DNA from: Azolla caroliniana
Taxonomy: Eukaryota; Plantae; Polypodiophyta
Assembly: GCA_043228905.1 (NCBI GenBank)
Contig: JBHGNT010000013.1
Span: 14,880,001 to 14,944,000, forward strand
DNA: 64,000 nt
Reading direction: 5' to 3'
Both the position numbers and the translations under genes were made by a program. Within the stretch, counting starts at the first letter, position 1, and each line of letters opens with the position of its first letter. Of this stretch, positions 34,401 through 43,364 are shown piece by piece. The notes under the pieces were generated by a model that made no database searches, was not told the origin of the DNA, and worked only from the letters and a program-made list of their open reading frames with translations.

Positions 34401-34990
34401 TGGAGCGGTTACGCAAGATACAAGCGGATTTATCTACTCAACTCCAGCAAGCTCAACAATCACACAAGGACTACGCAGATCGTCATCGACTTCCATCCAG
34501 TTTTAACATTGGAGATCGGGTGTGGCTGCTACGACGACACATCAAGACTACTCGCCCATGTGAGAAGTTGGATTATCGGCGATTAGGTCCTTTCCGTATT
34601 ATCGGGAAGATTAATGATGTCGCTTTCCGTCTCGAGCTACCTCCGCAACTTCGGATACATCCGGTGTTTCATAGTTCTCTCCTCGAACCCTATCACGAGA
34701 GCACTATCCCAGGACGTACTATACAACCACCACCTCCTATCGAGCTCGAAGATGGACCTGAGTATGAGGTCGCTGCCATCCTCGATTCCAAGATTGTTCG
34801 CAACAAGCTCTACTATCTAGTCGATTGGCTAGGATATAGTCCCAGCGAGCGTACTTGGGAACCGATCGAGAATGTGACCAATGCTCGTGCTCTTCTAGAA
34901 GACTTCCATCGACGATATCCCGAGAAACCGGGTCCTCAATCCAAAACGACTCGTGGAACTCGTCGTTTTAAAGGGGGGATAGTGTCATAA
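31400..34990 (+). CDS. pol: C1 Pol (PR-RT-RH-IN-chromodomain) in the -1 frame relative to gag
   Basis: LLDSGA, YLDD, DASDFALG, ISDRGPQF, GPF, chromodomain EYEVAAILDSK...YLVDWLGY...TWEP; the stop codon lies inside the 3' LTR. Confidence 0.95.
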   Translation, partial: RLGPAKIGAVWLDSPRSVQPISGSIPSKQVSDVFVAQVAISTKSTPPVHTLALLDSGANSCFMDRNFARAHQISLRKLPCPASVVVIDGRPIASGNIIEESEPVNIVLDNLTCVVSFNIISIPEHPIVLGLPWFELHNPDIDWRTREIRLRQTQGSTQKVATISLRQLREEGRKEEMFLFAISVQPSSTTKEESTVQLPEKYRQYADVFDKVRANTLPHHRPYDCAIDLQPGKEPPWGPIYNLSPTELEVLRAYIEENLENGFIRHSKSPAGAPIFFVKKKDGSLRLVVDYRGLNKVTVRNRYALPLISSLLERINGARFFTKIDLRGAYNLVRIRPGDEWKTAFRTRYGHFEYTVMPFGLTNAPAVFQHMANDIFRDLLDDFLIIYLDDLLVYSKTQEEHDSHVLLVLKRLREHGLYAKLEKCSFGCNQVEFLGYVISSEGISMDPAKVKTVIEWHTPRSVRDVQCFLGFANFYRKFIQNYSKIVLPLTQLTRKGQSFIWSKETDMAFESLKKAFTSAPILGHVDPEKPFIIEADASDFALGSILSQQGNDEKLHPVAFHSRKFDAAEINYEIHDKELLAIVDSFMQWRHFLEGSPHQVTVFSDHKNLAYFQDARVLNRRQARWAHFLTRFDFKITYRPGKHQGKADALSRRSYLTPRPGEPAFDNQKQVILGPARLQAAQVFDMPVDSDITNTIREDLKTDAFAQAILAQIDPSRASCSQSQSPGTDYRQFKYCDGLLFFKELLYVPNGSCRLRVVQNCHDTYTAGHFGSTKTLDLVQRSFWWPRMRQFVEDFVRTCDTCCRAKMPRHHPYGLLEPLPIPSKPWQSIALDFITDLPVSKGFSAILTVVDRYTKMAHFLPCTKEISSEDTAEIVMREVCRHHGLPDNIISDRGPQFVSKFWKHLFKMLKVTCNLSSGYHPQTDGQAERTNQTLEQYLRCFLNYHQNDWADILQFAEFAYNNAIHASTKVTPFYAYTGYHPRWCVLETPEVSTNPCAEDRLERLRKIQADLSTQLQQAQQSHKDYADRHRLPSSFNIGDRVWLLRRHIKTTRPCEKLDYRRLGPFRIIGKINDVAFRLELPPQLRIHPVFHSSLLEPYHESTIPGRTIQPPPPIELEDGPEYEVAAILDSKIVRNKLYYLVDWLGYSPSERTWEPIENVTNARALLEDFHRRYPEKPGPQSKTTRGTRRFKGGIVS

Positions 34991-35272
34991 CTAGACTCGA
35001 ACCCATAACCTTTTGTTACACGGGTCGAGACTTTACCATTAGGTTATGAATTGTAATTTGAAGGATATTATTTTCATTTAGGTTTTATTGGGAAATTGAT
35101 GTATATTCCAGATTTCTCTGGAACATTCTAGAAACTTCAGGAGTATTCCTGAAGACACTATAAAAGGAGGCGCAAGGCATTAGTTCGAACCAAATCGGTT
35201 CAACGCCAGTCTTAAGCCTTCTAACTACTGTTGTATATCTTCCTTCATATAATACATATATCTTTCGCATCA

Positions 35273-35308
<36 letters not shown>

Positions 35309-37155
35309 ACTCATTCCTTCTCTCAAAGTTCGACACCTCTCATAGTACTAATCCTTCTCTGTCTTAGTACTATTCCCCGACAATAGTACTAATCCTTCTT
35401 TTAGTACTAATTCCTTCTCTGCCTTAATAGAGTTCCTGACAGCCGGCTTCCACAGCCGCCATGTACTCCGCCTCCGTGGTTGACAACGCAACTGTCTTCT
35501 GCAGCCTCGACTGCCACGAAACAGCTCCCCCTGCATATGTCATTACATACCCGGATGTAGACCGGCTGGTATCCACATCAGCTGACATGTCTGAATCGGT
35601 AAAACCGTCAAGTTGAGGTTTTCCGGAGCCGAATCAGAGACACATATTCGAAGTGCCCTTCAAGTACCGGAGTATCCATTTGACCGCATTCCAGTGCTCC
35701 TTGCCGGGATTGCTCATGAACCAGCTCACCACTTCGACTGCGTATCCAATATCTAGTCGAGTACACACCATTGCGTACATTAAGCTCCCGACAGCAGAGG
35801 CATATGGAACCTTCATCATATCCGCCTTCTCTGCTTTCGTCTTCGGGATTTGCTTACCGGATAACCTGCAGTTTGCCGGAAGTGTCGATCCGACCGGTTT
35901 CGCATCTGACATGTTGAACCGCTGAAGTACCTTTGACATGTACTTCTCCTGTGACAGCCACAATTGCTTCATTGACCAGTTCCGGATAATATGCATCCCC
36001 AACATCTGTCTTGCTGGACCCAAGTCTTTCATTGAGAAGGTCCGGTTGAGAGCCTTCTTCAGCATCCGTATTTTGGCTTGCTCCCTTCCGACGATCAACA
36101 TGTCATCCACATACAGAAGGAGTATCAGGAAGTCGCCTCCTTCGAACTTCTTCACAAACACGCAGTGATCGGCCTGCATCTTGTGGTACCCTTGATCGGT
36201 CATGAAGGAGTCGAACTTCTGGTACCATTGTCGGGGAGCCTGCTTCAATCCGTACAGGCTCTTCTTCAACCGGCATACCAGGTGCTCCTTCCCTTTCTCC
36301 ACGAATCCTTCTAGTTGCTGCATGTAGATCTCTTCTTCGAGGTCACCGTGAAGGAATGTCGTCTTCACGTCCAGCTGCTCTACCTCGAGGTCCATGCTTG
36401 CCGCTATACTCAGCACCGTCCGGATGGAGGTCATCTTTACTACCGGGGCAAATATCTCGTCGAATTCCACGCCCTTCTTCTGCTGGAACCCCTTCACCAC
36501 GATCCTGGCTTTGTATCTCGGGGGGTTGCCGGCATCTCCCGGTTTCAACTTGTACACCCACTTATTTCGGAGTGCCCGCTTTCCTTTCGGCAACTCCACC
36601 AATTCGTACGTATGGTTCTCATGCAGGGAATCCATCTCATCCTGCATGGCACTTAACCATTTGCGGTTGTGGGTGTCATCCTTCGCTTCTTCGAAGCTTT
36701 CTAGCTCCCCCTCATCAGTTAGCAGCACATGCTTTGCATCCGGAAATCTCCGGGGGGACCTTCTCTCTCTGAGAAGATATCTCCATCTTTGGGCTTCGGT
36801 AACCGGCTCCTCCATTTGTTCTTCATCCGAATCCGATTCGGGGTCTTGGCCGGTTCCGGTTTCAACTTCCTCTACTTCTTCTTCTGCCGGTTCGGTATCC
36901 TCACCGTAACCGGCTGGTTCCTCGAGTGTTAACCGGTCTCTTGCCGATTGAGTCTACTCATCGTAGAATCGATCCTTACTGGTCGACTCGGAGTTCATTA
37001 TCTTCTTCTCCGACTCCTAGTCGGCGAGCGTCTTGTCCTCCATAAAGATAATATCTCGACTCCGGAATACCTTCTTGTCGACCAGGTCCCACACTCGGTA
37101 GCCGAACTCGTCGTCGTCGTAACCGAGGAATATGCATGGTCGGGTCTTTGGATCC

Positions 37156-37421
37156 ATTACTATTGTCGTCACCATTACTATGTTTGCACTAGATGTATTT
37201 ATACTGATACATCGTATGGACTATTTACAATTATAGCCATTGCTACATATCATTATTATTATTATTACTATAATAATAGTAATAATCCATTTGAATAATC
37301 GACTCTCTGTTGTCGACTCTTCGACTATTGGCTATTTCCGAACAGTCGGTTCCTTCGACTCTTCGACTGTCGGCTACTTCCGAACAGTCGTTCCTCCCAC
37401 TGGAGGGACATATCCCCAACA
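37156..37421 (-). mobile_element. Fragment of another copia LTR (D5), inserted in the D4 3' LTR and truncated by deletion
   Basis: Contains the ctatttacaattatagcc motif shared by the D LTRs and ends ggagggacatatccccaaca. Confidence 0.65.
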
Positions 37422-37565
37422 TATAATTATATAACTTTAGGACTATTTACAAATATAGCCATGACAGGCACATTAGAAACATATTTATAGATATGTCCCT
37501 GGATCCAGATCCCATCCGGAGGGACCGAAATCCCAACAAATTCCCCCTTCACTCCGGCATGGGAT

Positions 37566-38363
37566 TGACGGGAACAGCACACTCCCTATCCGCAACGCTC
37601 GGCCACAACCGAGCTTAGAATCATACACAGAAAACGGGAAATAAAACAAGACACGAAGAAGAGACGAGTACACAGGATGTTTACGTGGAAAACCCAAAGA
37701 GGGAAAAAACCACGGCAACCCACAGGCTACAAACTATCACTATGTTAGAATGTACAACAGTGAGTTCACGGAGGCAACGACCTCGTGCTCACGATCTTCG
37801 ACACAGGCGGCGGTTACAACAGAGGCAACGACCTCTTTCTCTCTCTCTCTCTCTGTACACAGTTACGCGCTCTCTCTCTCCTTGCACCAACAAGAATGAC
37901 AACAACAACTAAAAGTTTGCCCTAAGTCATATTTATACTAATATGACTTTTCGGCTATTTACAAATATAGCCATGATGGACTCTTAGAAACATATTTACG
38001 AATATGTCTCTTCATCCGGTCTTGACCGGGTCTGCACCATCCGGCTCTCCGTAGCCAGGTACTCCTCATCCGGTTCTCACCGGGTCTGCACCATCCGGCT
38101 CTTCGTAGCCGGGGACTCCTCATTCGGTTCTCACCGGGTCTACACCATCCGGCTCTCCGTAGCCGGGTACTCCTCATCCGGTCTTCACCGGGTCTGTACC
38201 ATCCGGCTCTCCGTAGCCGGGTACTCGTCATCCAGTCTTCACCGGGTATGTACCATCCGACTCTCCGTAGCCGGGTACTCGTCATCCGGTTTCGGCCTCG
38301 GCCGAGTTTGTTCATCGGCACTGTTCTTCTCCCTTCCCATCCAGAGGGACCTGTCTCCCAACA
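37566..38363 (-). mobile_element. Copia solo LTR (798 bp) with about five 54-bp tandem repeats (38011-38290)
   Basis: tgacgg...cccaaca termini; TSD GGGAT; removal restores LTRHPMPE*. Confidence 0.93.
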
Positions 38364-40028
38364 GGGATGTCTTGTCAATCTAATCCGTCTCCTACACACG
38401 TCTAGCATGTCGGCTGACATCACCTTGGTCAGTATGTCCAACCCGTTCTCCGTTGTATGGATCTTTGTAAGCAAGAACTCATTATCTTCTACCTTCTCTC
38501 GAAGCCAGTGATATCTTCTCTAGATGTGCTTGGTCAAGGAATCGTAGGTCGTGTTCTTTGCAAGGTGGATGGCACTTATGGCTATCGTAGTAGAGTCAAT
38601 ATTCCTTCTGTCGGATCCCTAGCTCCCCGATGAAGTCCTTCATCCAAATTACTTCCTTGCCTGCTTCCACGACTGCCATGTACTCCGTTTCCGTTGTCAA
38701 CAATACAACGGACTTTTGCAACCTCGACTGCCACGATACGGCTCCCCCTACATATGTCATGACATATCCGGATGTAGATCGGTTGGTATCCACATCAGTC
38801 GACATATTCGAATCCGTGAATCCTTCAAGTTGGGGTTTTCTGGAGCCGAATCGGAGGCACATACTCGAGGTGCCTTTCAAGTACCGGAGTATCCACTTGA
38901 CAGCGGTCCAGTGTTCTCTTCCCGGATTGCTCATGAACCAGCAGACTACTCCGACAGCGTATCCGATATCCGGCCGGGTACACACCATTGCGTACATCAA
39001 GCTTCCGACGGCATAAGCGTATGGTATCTTCATCATCTCCAACTTCTCTGCCTTCTTCTTCAGGCTCTCTTTTTCGAACAGTTTGCAATTTGTCATGAGT
39101 GTCGACCCGACCGACTTGGCATCTGACATGTTGAACCGTTGAAGCACCTTTGTCACATACTTCTCCTGTGACAGCCAAAATAGCTTCTTCATCCGGTCCC
39201 GAACTATGTGCATCCCCAATATCAATCTCACCGGACCTAGATCTTTCATTGAGAAGATCCGGTTCAAGGCCTTCTTCAGATTCTCGATTTTGGTTCGGTT
39301 TGGTCTGACGATCAGCATGTCATCCACATAAAGCAGGAGTATCAGGAAGTCTCCTTCATCGAATTTCTTCACAAATACGCTGTCGTGAAGAAAACCGTCC
39401 ACGAGCGGAATCGGTGCACCGGAGCGTAGAAACCGACTCTTCATACACGTGCGCCTTAAGTTGCACATAGGAGATCCTATGTAGATTCGGTAGGAAGGGA
39501 GTAAAGGGGAAACGGCTCCTTCCTTGCCTATAAAAAGGAGGGAGACGAGGAGGGTAGGGGGGATCGCGGAGAGTCGAGGACGAAGTGTTGTCGGTTTGCG
39601 TGCGAAGGCTTCTCTCTCTCTCTCTTTCTGGTTGGAAACGCCATAGCTTCCTTCTGTGCAGGTTTCGGGAGGCCCGCGCTGCTCTGAGGAATGCCCGAGT
39701 GCTTCCGGCAGCACCTCCAACCTACTCATCCCCCTCTGTGCGTTTACGAACAGGTATCGGCATCTGTTCGCCGGCCTGTTCGGTTGTAACCGACTTCGTG
39801 TTTTGTTGTCTTCGTGTCCTTGTTGTTTGTCTTGTCAATACATACATACTTTCGTGTCTTTCTGTGTCGCTGTCCCACTCGCGTCTTTGCGTCGAAGGGC
39901 CGTGTCCCTATGAATCTACGCTCGCACGTAGTGGGTCTCTCTCTCTCTCTCTCTCTCTTACTCTTCGGTACAGGACCCCCGAGGTCCCGCCTCACTCCAC
40001 GTATCCGCGAGGAATACCTCGACATATT

Positions 40029-40046
40029 TGGTGAACCCGACGTGAA
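40029..40046 (+). other. tRNA-Trp PBS of B1
   Basis: TGGTGAACCCGACGTGAA is the 18-nt complement of the recalled plant tRNA-Trp(CCA) 3' end; identical in B2. Confidence 0.85.
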
Positions 40047-40068
40047 AGAGGCGGCAGAAGAGCGGAAG

Positions 40069-42195
40069 ATGAGGGGGTCGGATCTTGCAGAGGCCATGGC
40101 TTCGGCCGTGGATCGGATATTGAGCACACGCGAGGGCACCGGTGCCCTCGACAGAGCCATTGAGGCGGTCGTCGGTACGATCGGCCGTTTCAGCGGAAAG
40201 GATGCTACGAAGTATTTGGCATCCTACGGGGCGGAAATGCTGATGCGGGACATCCCGAAAGAGAGGCGTCTTGCCAGGTTCCCTCGAGTGGCGATGCCGA
40301 GCATCCATGCGGAGGTGCTCGAGGTACGGGCGGAGAGCCGTACCTGGGAGGAGTTCGAAGGCCGACTCCTAGAGAAATATGAGATGGACGACGCGCTCCA
40401 GCTTTCGAAACGGGACTTCATGGAATGGGTGGAGTCCCCCGGCAAAGGAAGAAACGCGTCGGCACTCCTCCGGGAGTTCGAAGAACGCTTTGTGCGCCTT
40501 TCGGCACTTGACCGAACTATCCTGGATACGAGCCGGGTCCTACTGTTCGTCAAGTCGGTGGACGAGCGGGACCGGGATCAAGTCGGCTTCTTGCTGGAAA
40601 CTGAAGACGGGTTGACGACCGACTGGGCTGCGGTTAAGAGAGTCTGTGGCCGTTTCGACAAACGGCGAGAATGGGCTGACAATGGGGCGGCCGGTGCGGG
40701 CTCTGTTACAGCAAGGAGGCTTGAACCGGCGCCGCAAGTGCGAAGGGAAGAAACCCGGGAATGGCTCGAAACCGGTCCGGCTTCGACCAGCATGGTCAAT
40801 GGCTCGTCTGGAGGAGCAGCGCTAGAGGAGTTGACGCGGGCGATAAAGGATCTCCAGATCTCCCAGACTCGAAGGGAAGGCGGCGAACCGGCTCGTGACC
40901 GACGGCCGGCAGCGGGGAACAGGTGCATGTGGTGCGACAAGGTCGGCCACATTCGGAAGGACTGCGGCGATTTCGCAGAGGCGTTGAGAAACCGGGTGGT
41001 GTACCTGTGGGAAGGCCGGGTGCACGCTGGCGACACCAGGAGGGCCCTGAGCCGAAACGACGGGCGAGGAGGTATGAAGAGACTGATGGAAGAGGCAGCG
41101 GCCCGACACATGGAGGCCATCCACTACTCGGCGTCAGCCGGTATTCAGGTCGGGGGCAGCGAGGCCCGAAAGGAGAGTAAAGATGGTTTCTGGTCGGCAA
41201 TGCTGGAAGGCCTCGCCGACGCGCGGCTGAAGAAAGATGAAACGGACCGCGCTGAGAGACGGGTCCGGGAAATAACCGGGTGGAGCGATCCGGTCGAGGA
41301 GAAGACGGGCTTCGTAGAAGCCGCTTGCCGGAACTACGAGGCTCTGGTAGAAGAAAAACGAGTAGGGAAAGCCAGAGTGGCCGGGCCCTCACAACGGTAC
41401 GAGACTCGATTCGGGCAACGACGGAACGATGCCGGTGGGCCCGGCCCGCAAGATAACCCCAGGAAGGGTGGGTACCGATTGGGGACAGAAATAGAAAGGG
41501 CTACGGACCTACGAAAGGTCCTAGAAGAACGGATCCTCGACAGCAAAGTGGAGCTGTCATTACGGGAGGTGCTAGGGATCGCCAAGAAGGAGTTCCACGA
41601 CTCCATTGTAGACTTGGTGAAACGGAAGAGACTGTCGACGGAGACGGAACCGGAAAGACCGGTGGAGGTGCGGACGACGCACATCGACGACTCGGCGCTA
41701 AAAGATGAGTGGGCGGAGAGCCACTATTCGAGGCCACACTGGGCCCGAGCGACCACGGAGACCCCGGTAAAGATCGGAGATGTTCGGGAACTGGTGGTGG
41801 CGTTGGTGGACCACGGTTCGGAAATAAACCTAATGTCCATGGACTTCTATAAGAAGGGGAAGTGGCCGATCAACACCAAGCACGGGTGGAAGATACGTGC
41901 GGCGACGCGCGCCACCGAGGAACTGCACGGGGCCTGCCCGAATGTGCGAGTAAAGATCGGCGACGTCGAGCTTGACCAGCACTTCTTCGTACAGGAGACG
42001 TCCTCGTATCCGGTCATATTAGGGGAACCATACATCACGGCGGCGCGGATGGAGACCAAAGTGCTGGACAACAGGTCGGCCTACGCGAGGGTCAAAAGCC
42101 AGGACGGGCGCCATTCGGTTCAGTTTCTGACGGTGCGGCCGAACCACGAGAGAAACCGCGAATCCCTCGGTGGCGGGAACCGGGAGGATTTTTAG
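40069..42195 (+). CDS. gag-pro: B1 Gag-protease fusion (about 708 aa)
   Basis: First ATG after the PBS (MRGSDLAEA); CMWCDKVGHIRKDC knuckle; protease motif LVDHGSEINLM...VILGEPY. Confidence 0.88.
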   Translation: MRGSDLAEAMASAVDRILSTREGTGALDRAIEAVVGTIGRFSGKDATKYLASYGAEMLMRDIPKERRLARFPRVAMPSIHAEVLEVRAESRTWEEFEGRLLEKYEMDDALQLSKRDFMEWVESPGKGRNASALLREFEERFVRLSALDRTILDTSRVLLFVKSVDERDRDQVGFLLETEDGLTTDWAAVKRVCGRFDKRREWADNGAAGAGSVTARRLEPAPQVRREETREWLETGPASTSMVNGSSGGAALEELTRAIKDLQISQTRREGGEPARDRRPAAGNRCMWCDKVGHIRKDCGDFAEALRNRVVYLWEGRVHAGDTRRALSRNDGRGGMKRLMEEAAARHMEAIHYSASAGIQVGGSEARKESKDGFWSAMLEGLADARLKKDETDRAERRVREITGWSDPVEEKTGFVEAACRNYEALVEEKRVGKARVAGPSQRYETRFGQRRNDAGGPGPQDNPRKGGYRLGTEIERATDLRKVLEERILDSKVELSLREVLGIAKKEFHDSIVDLVKRKRLSTETEPERPVEVRTTHIDDSALKDEWAESHYSRPHWARATTETPVKIGDVRELVVALVDHGSEINLMSMDFYKKGKWPINTKHGWKIRAATRATEELHGACPNVRVKIGDVELDQHFFVQETSSYPVILGEPYITAARMETKVLDNRSAYARVKSQDGRHSVQFLTVRPNHERNRESLGGGNREDF

Positions 42196-42911
42196 AGAGG
42201 GCTGCCAAGGCGTGGGGCCGAGACAGTCCGGACACTCGGGAAAGACCCCACGATTGTACGATAGGTAGGAGATTTTGCTTCTCCGACAATGGAGGGTGTA
42301 TGATAGTCGGCATCGTTGGCCGAGAAAAGACAAGGGCGGAAGAGCGACTTCGAGCGTGCGGAGTTCTCGGCCCGGACGAGGAAATCAGCGGAGCCGTGGA
42401 GGTGGTCTCCTTCGACGACACCTTAGGGATGCTGAGGAAGGTTGCCGGAGAAGACCTTAACGAAGACCGGACGATACCGGTATGTTCCGAAGAGATGTAC
42501 GAAGTCATCGCGAACTTCAGTCGGGGGCTCGGGTCGGATCGGACGGCCCGAGTTAGCACAAAGTACAAGACTGTGGGCCGGAAGGTAAGGCCAGTTGCGG
42601 CACCCTTACCGAAGGGCAGCGAGTCCCGGATCAGAGGGGTTGCGTCGGACCCCAGTTTACGAGATCCGGCCTGCATAGGACACACCTTCATCGACGGGAC
42701 GCTCCGGGAGCTCAAAATCGGTGGGGGCGGGTTCCTACTGCCGGCGGAGGAAGACCGGTTTCGGAGGATGCTCGGAAGGCACGGGAAAGCCTTCGCATTC
42801 TCACCGGAAGAGATCGGGTGCGTAGACCCGACGATCGTGGAGCCGATGGTGATATTCACGGTACCGCATGTGCCGTGGAATCTCAAGCCGATTCCGGTAC
42901 CGAGAGCTCAC
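42192..42911 (+). pseudogene. pol: B1 pol N-terminal part (-1 frame), interrupted by C2
   Basis: Frame is open from GGATTTT (FLERAAKAW...MIVG...PIPVPRAH) and continues IPKLMEL after C2. Confidence 0.85.
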
Positions 42912-43044
42912 TGTCAGGAACTCTATTAAGGCAGAGAAGGAATTAGTACTAAAAGAAGGATTAGTACTATTGTCGGGGAATAGTACTAAGACAGAGAAGG
43001 ATTAGTACTATGAGAGGTGTCGAACTTTGAGAGAAGGAATGAGT

Positions 43045-43082
<38 letters not shown>

Positions 43083-43364
43083 TGATGCGAAAGATATATG
43101 TATTATATGAAGGAAGATATACAACAGTGGTTAGAAGGCTTAAGACTGGCGTTGAACCGATTTGGTTCGAACTAATGCCTTGCGCCTCCTTTTATAGTGT
43201 CTTCAGGAATACTCCTGAAGTTTCTAGAATGTTCCAGAGAAATCTGGAATATACATCAATTTCCCAATAAAACCTAAATGAAAATAATATCCTTCAAATT
43301 ACAATTCATAACCTAATGGTAAAGTCTCGACCCGTGTAACAAAAGGTTATGGGTTCGAGTCTAG

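Larger units (their letters stand above)
29677..35441 (+). mobile_element. Intact Tcn1-like chromovirus C1 (5765 bp)
   Basis: Two 459-bp LTRs (29677-30135, 34983-35441) with no difference seen by eye; TSD GCCGG; PPT aaggggggatag; uninterrupted gag and pol. Confidence 0.97.
28633..37155 (-). mobile_element. Copia element D3: 3' LTR, RH, RT and IN C-terminus; 5' half deleted; hosts C1
   Basis: 3' LTR 28633-29355 with PPT at 29356+; RH 29366-29676 continuing at 35442+; RT ORF 35634-36815; ends abruptly at DPKTRPCIFLGY. Confidence 0.9.

Noticed and set aside
29100-38290. Regular repeats resembling CRISPR arrays
   Set aside because: Head-to-tail tandem units without unique spacers, inside LTRs of a eukaryote; no cas genes.
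39814-40068. N-terminal 85 codons of the 793-aa ORF
   Set aside because: Non-ATG start within the LTR/PBS, spanning a variable microsatellite; the real start is taken as ATG 40069.
35442-42911. Inversion between C1 and C2
   Set aside because: Each element has matching TSDs and its host ORF continues correctly on both sides.
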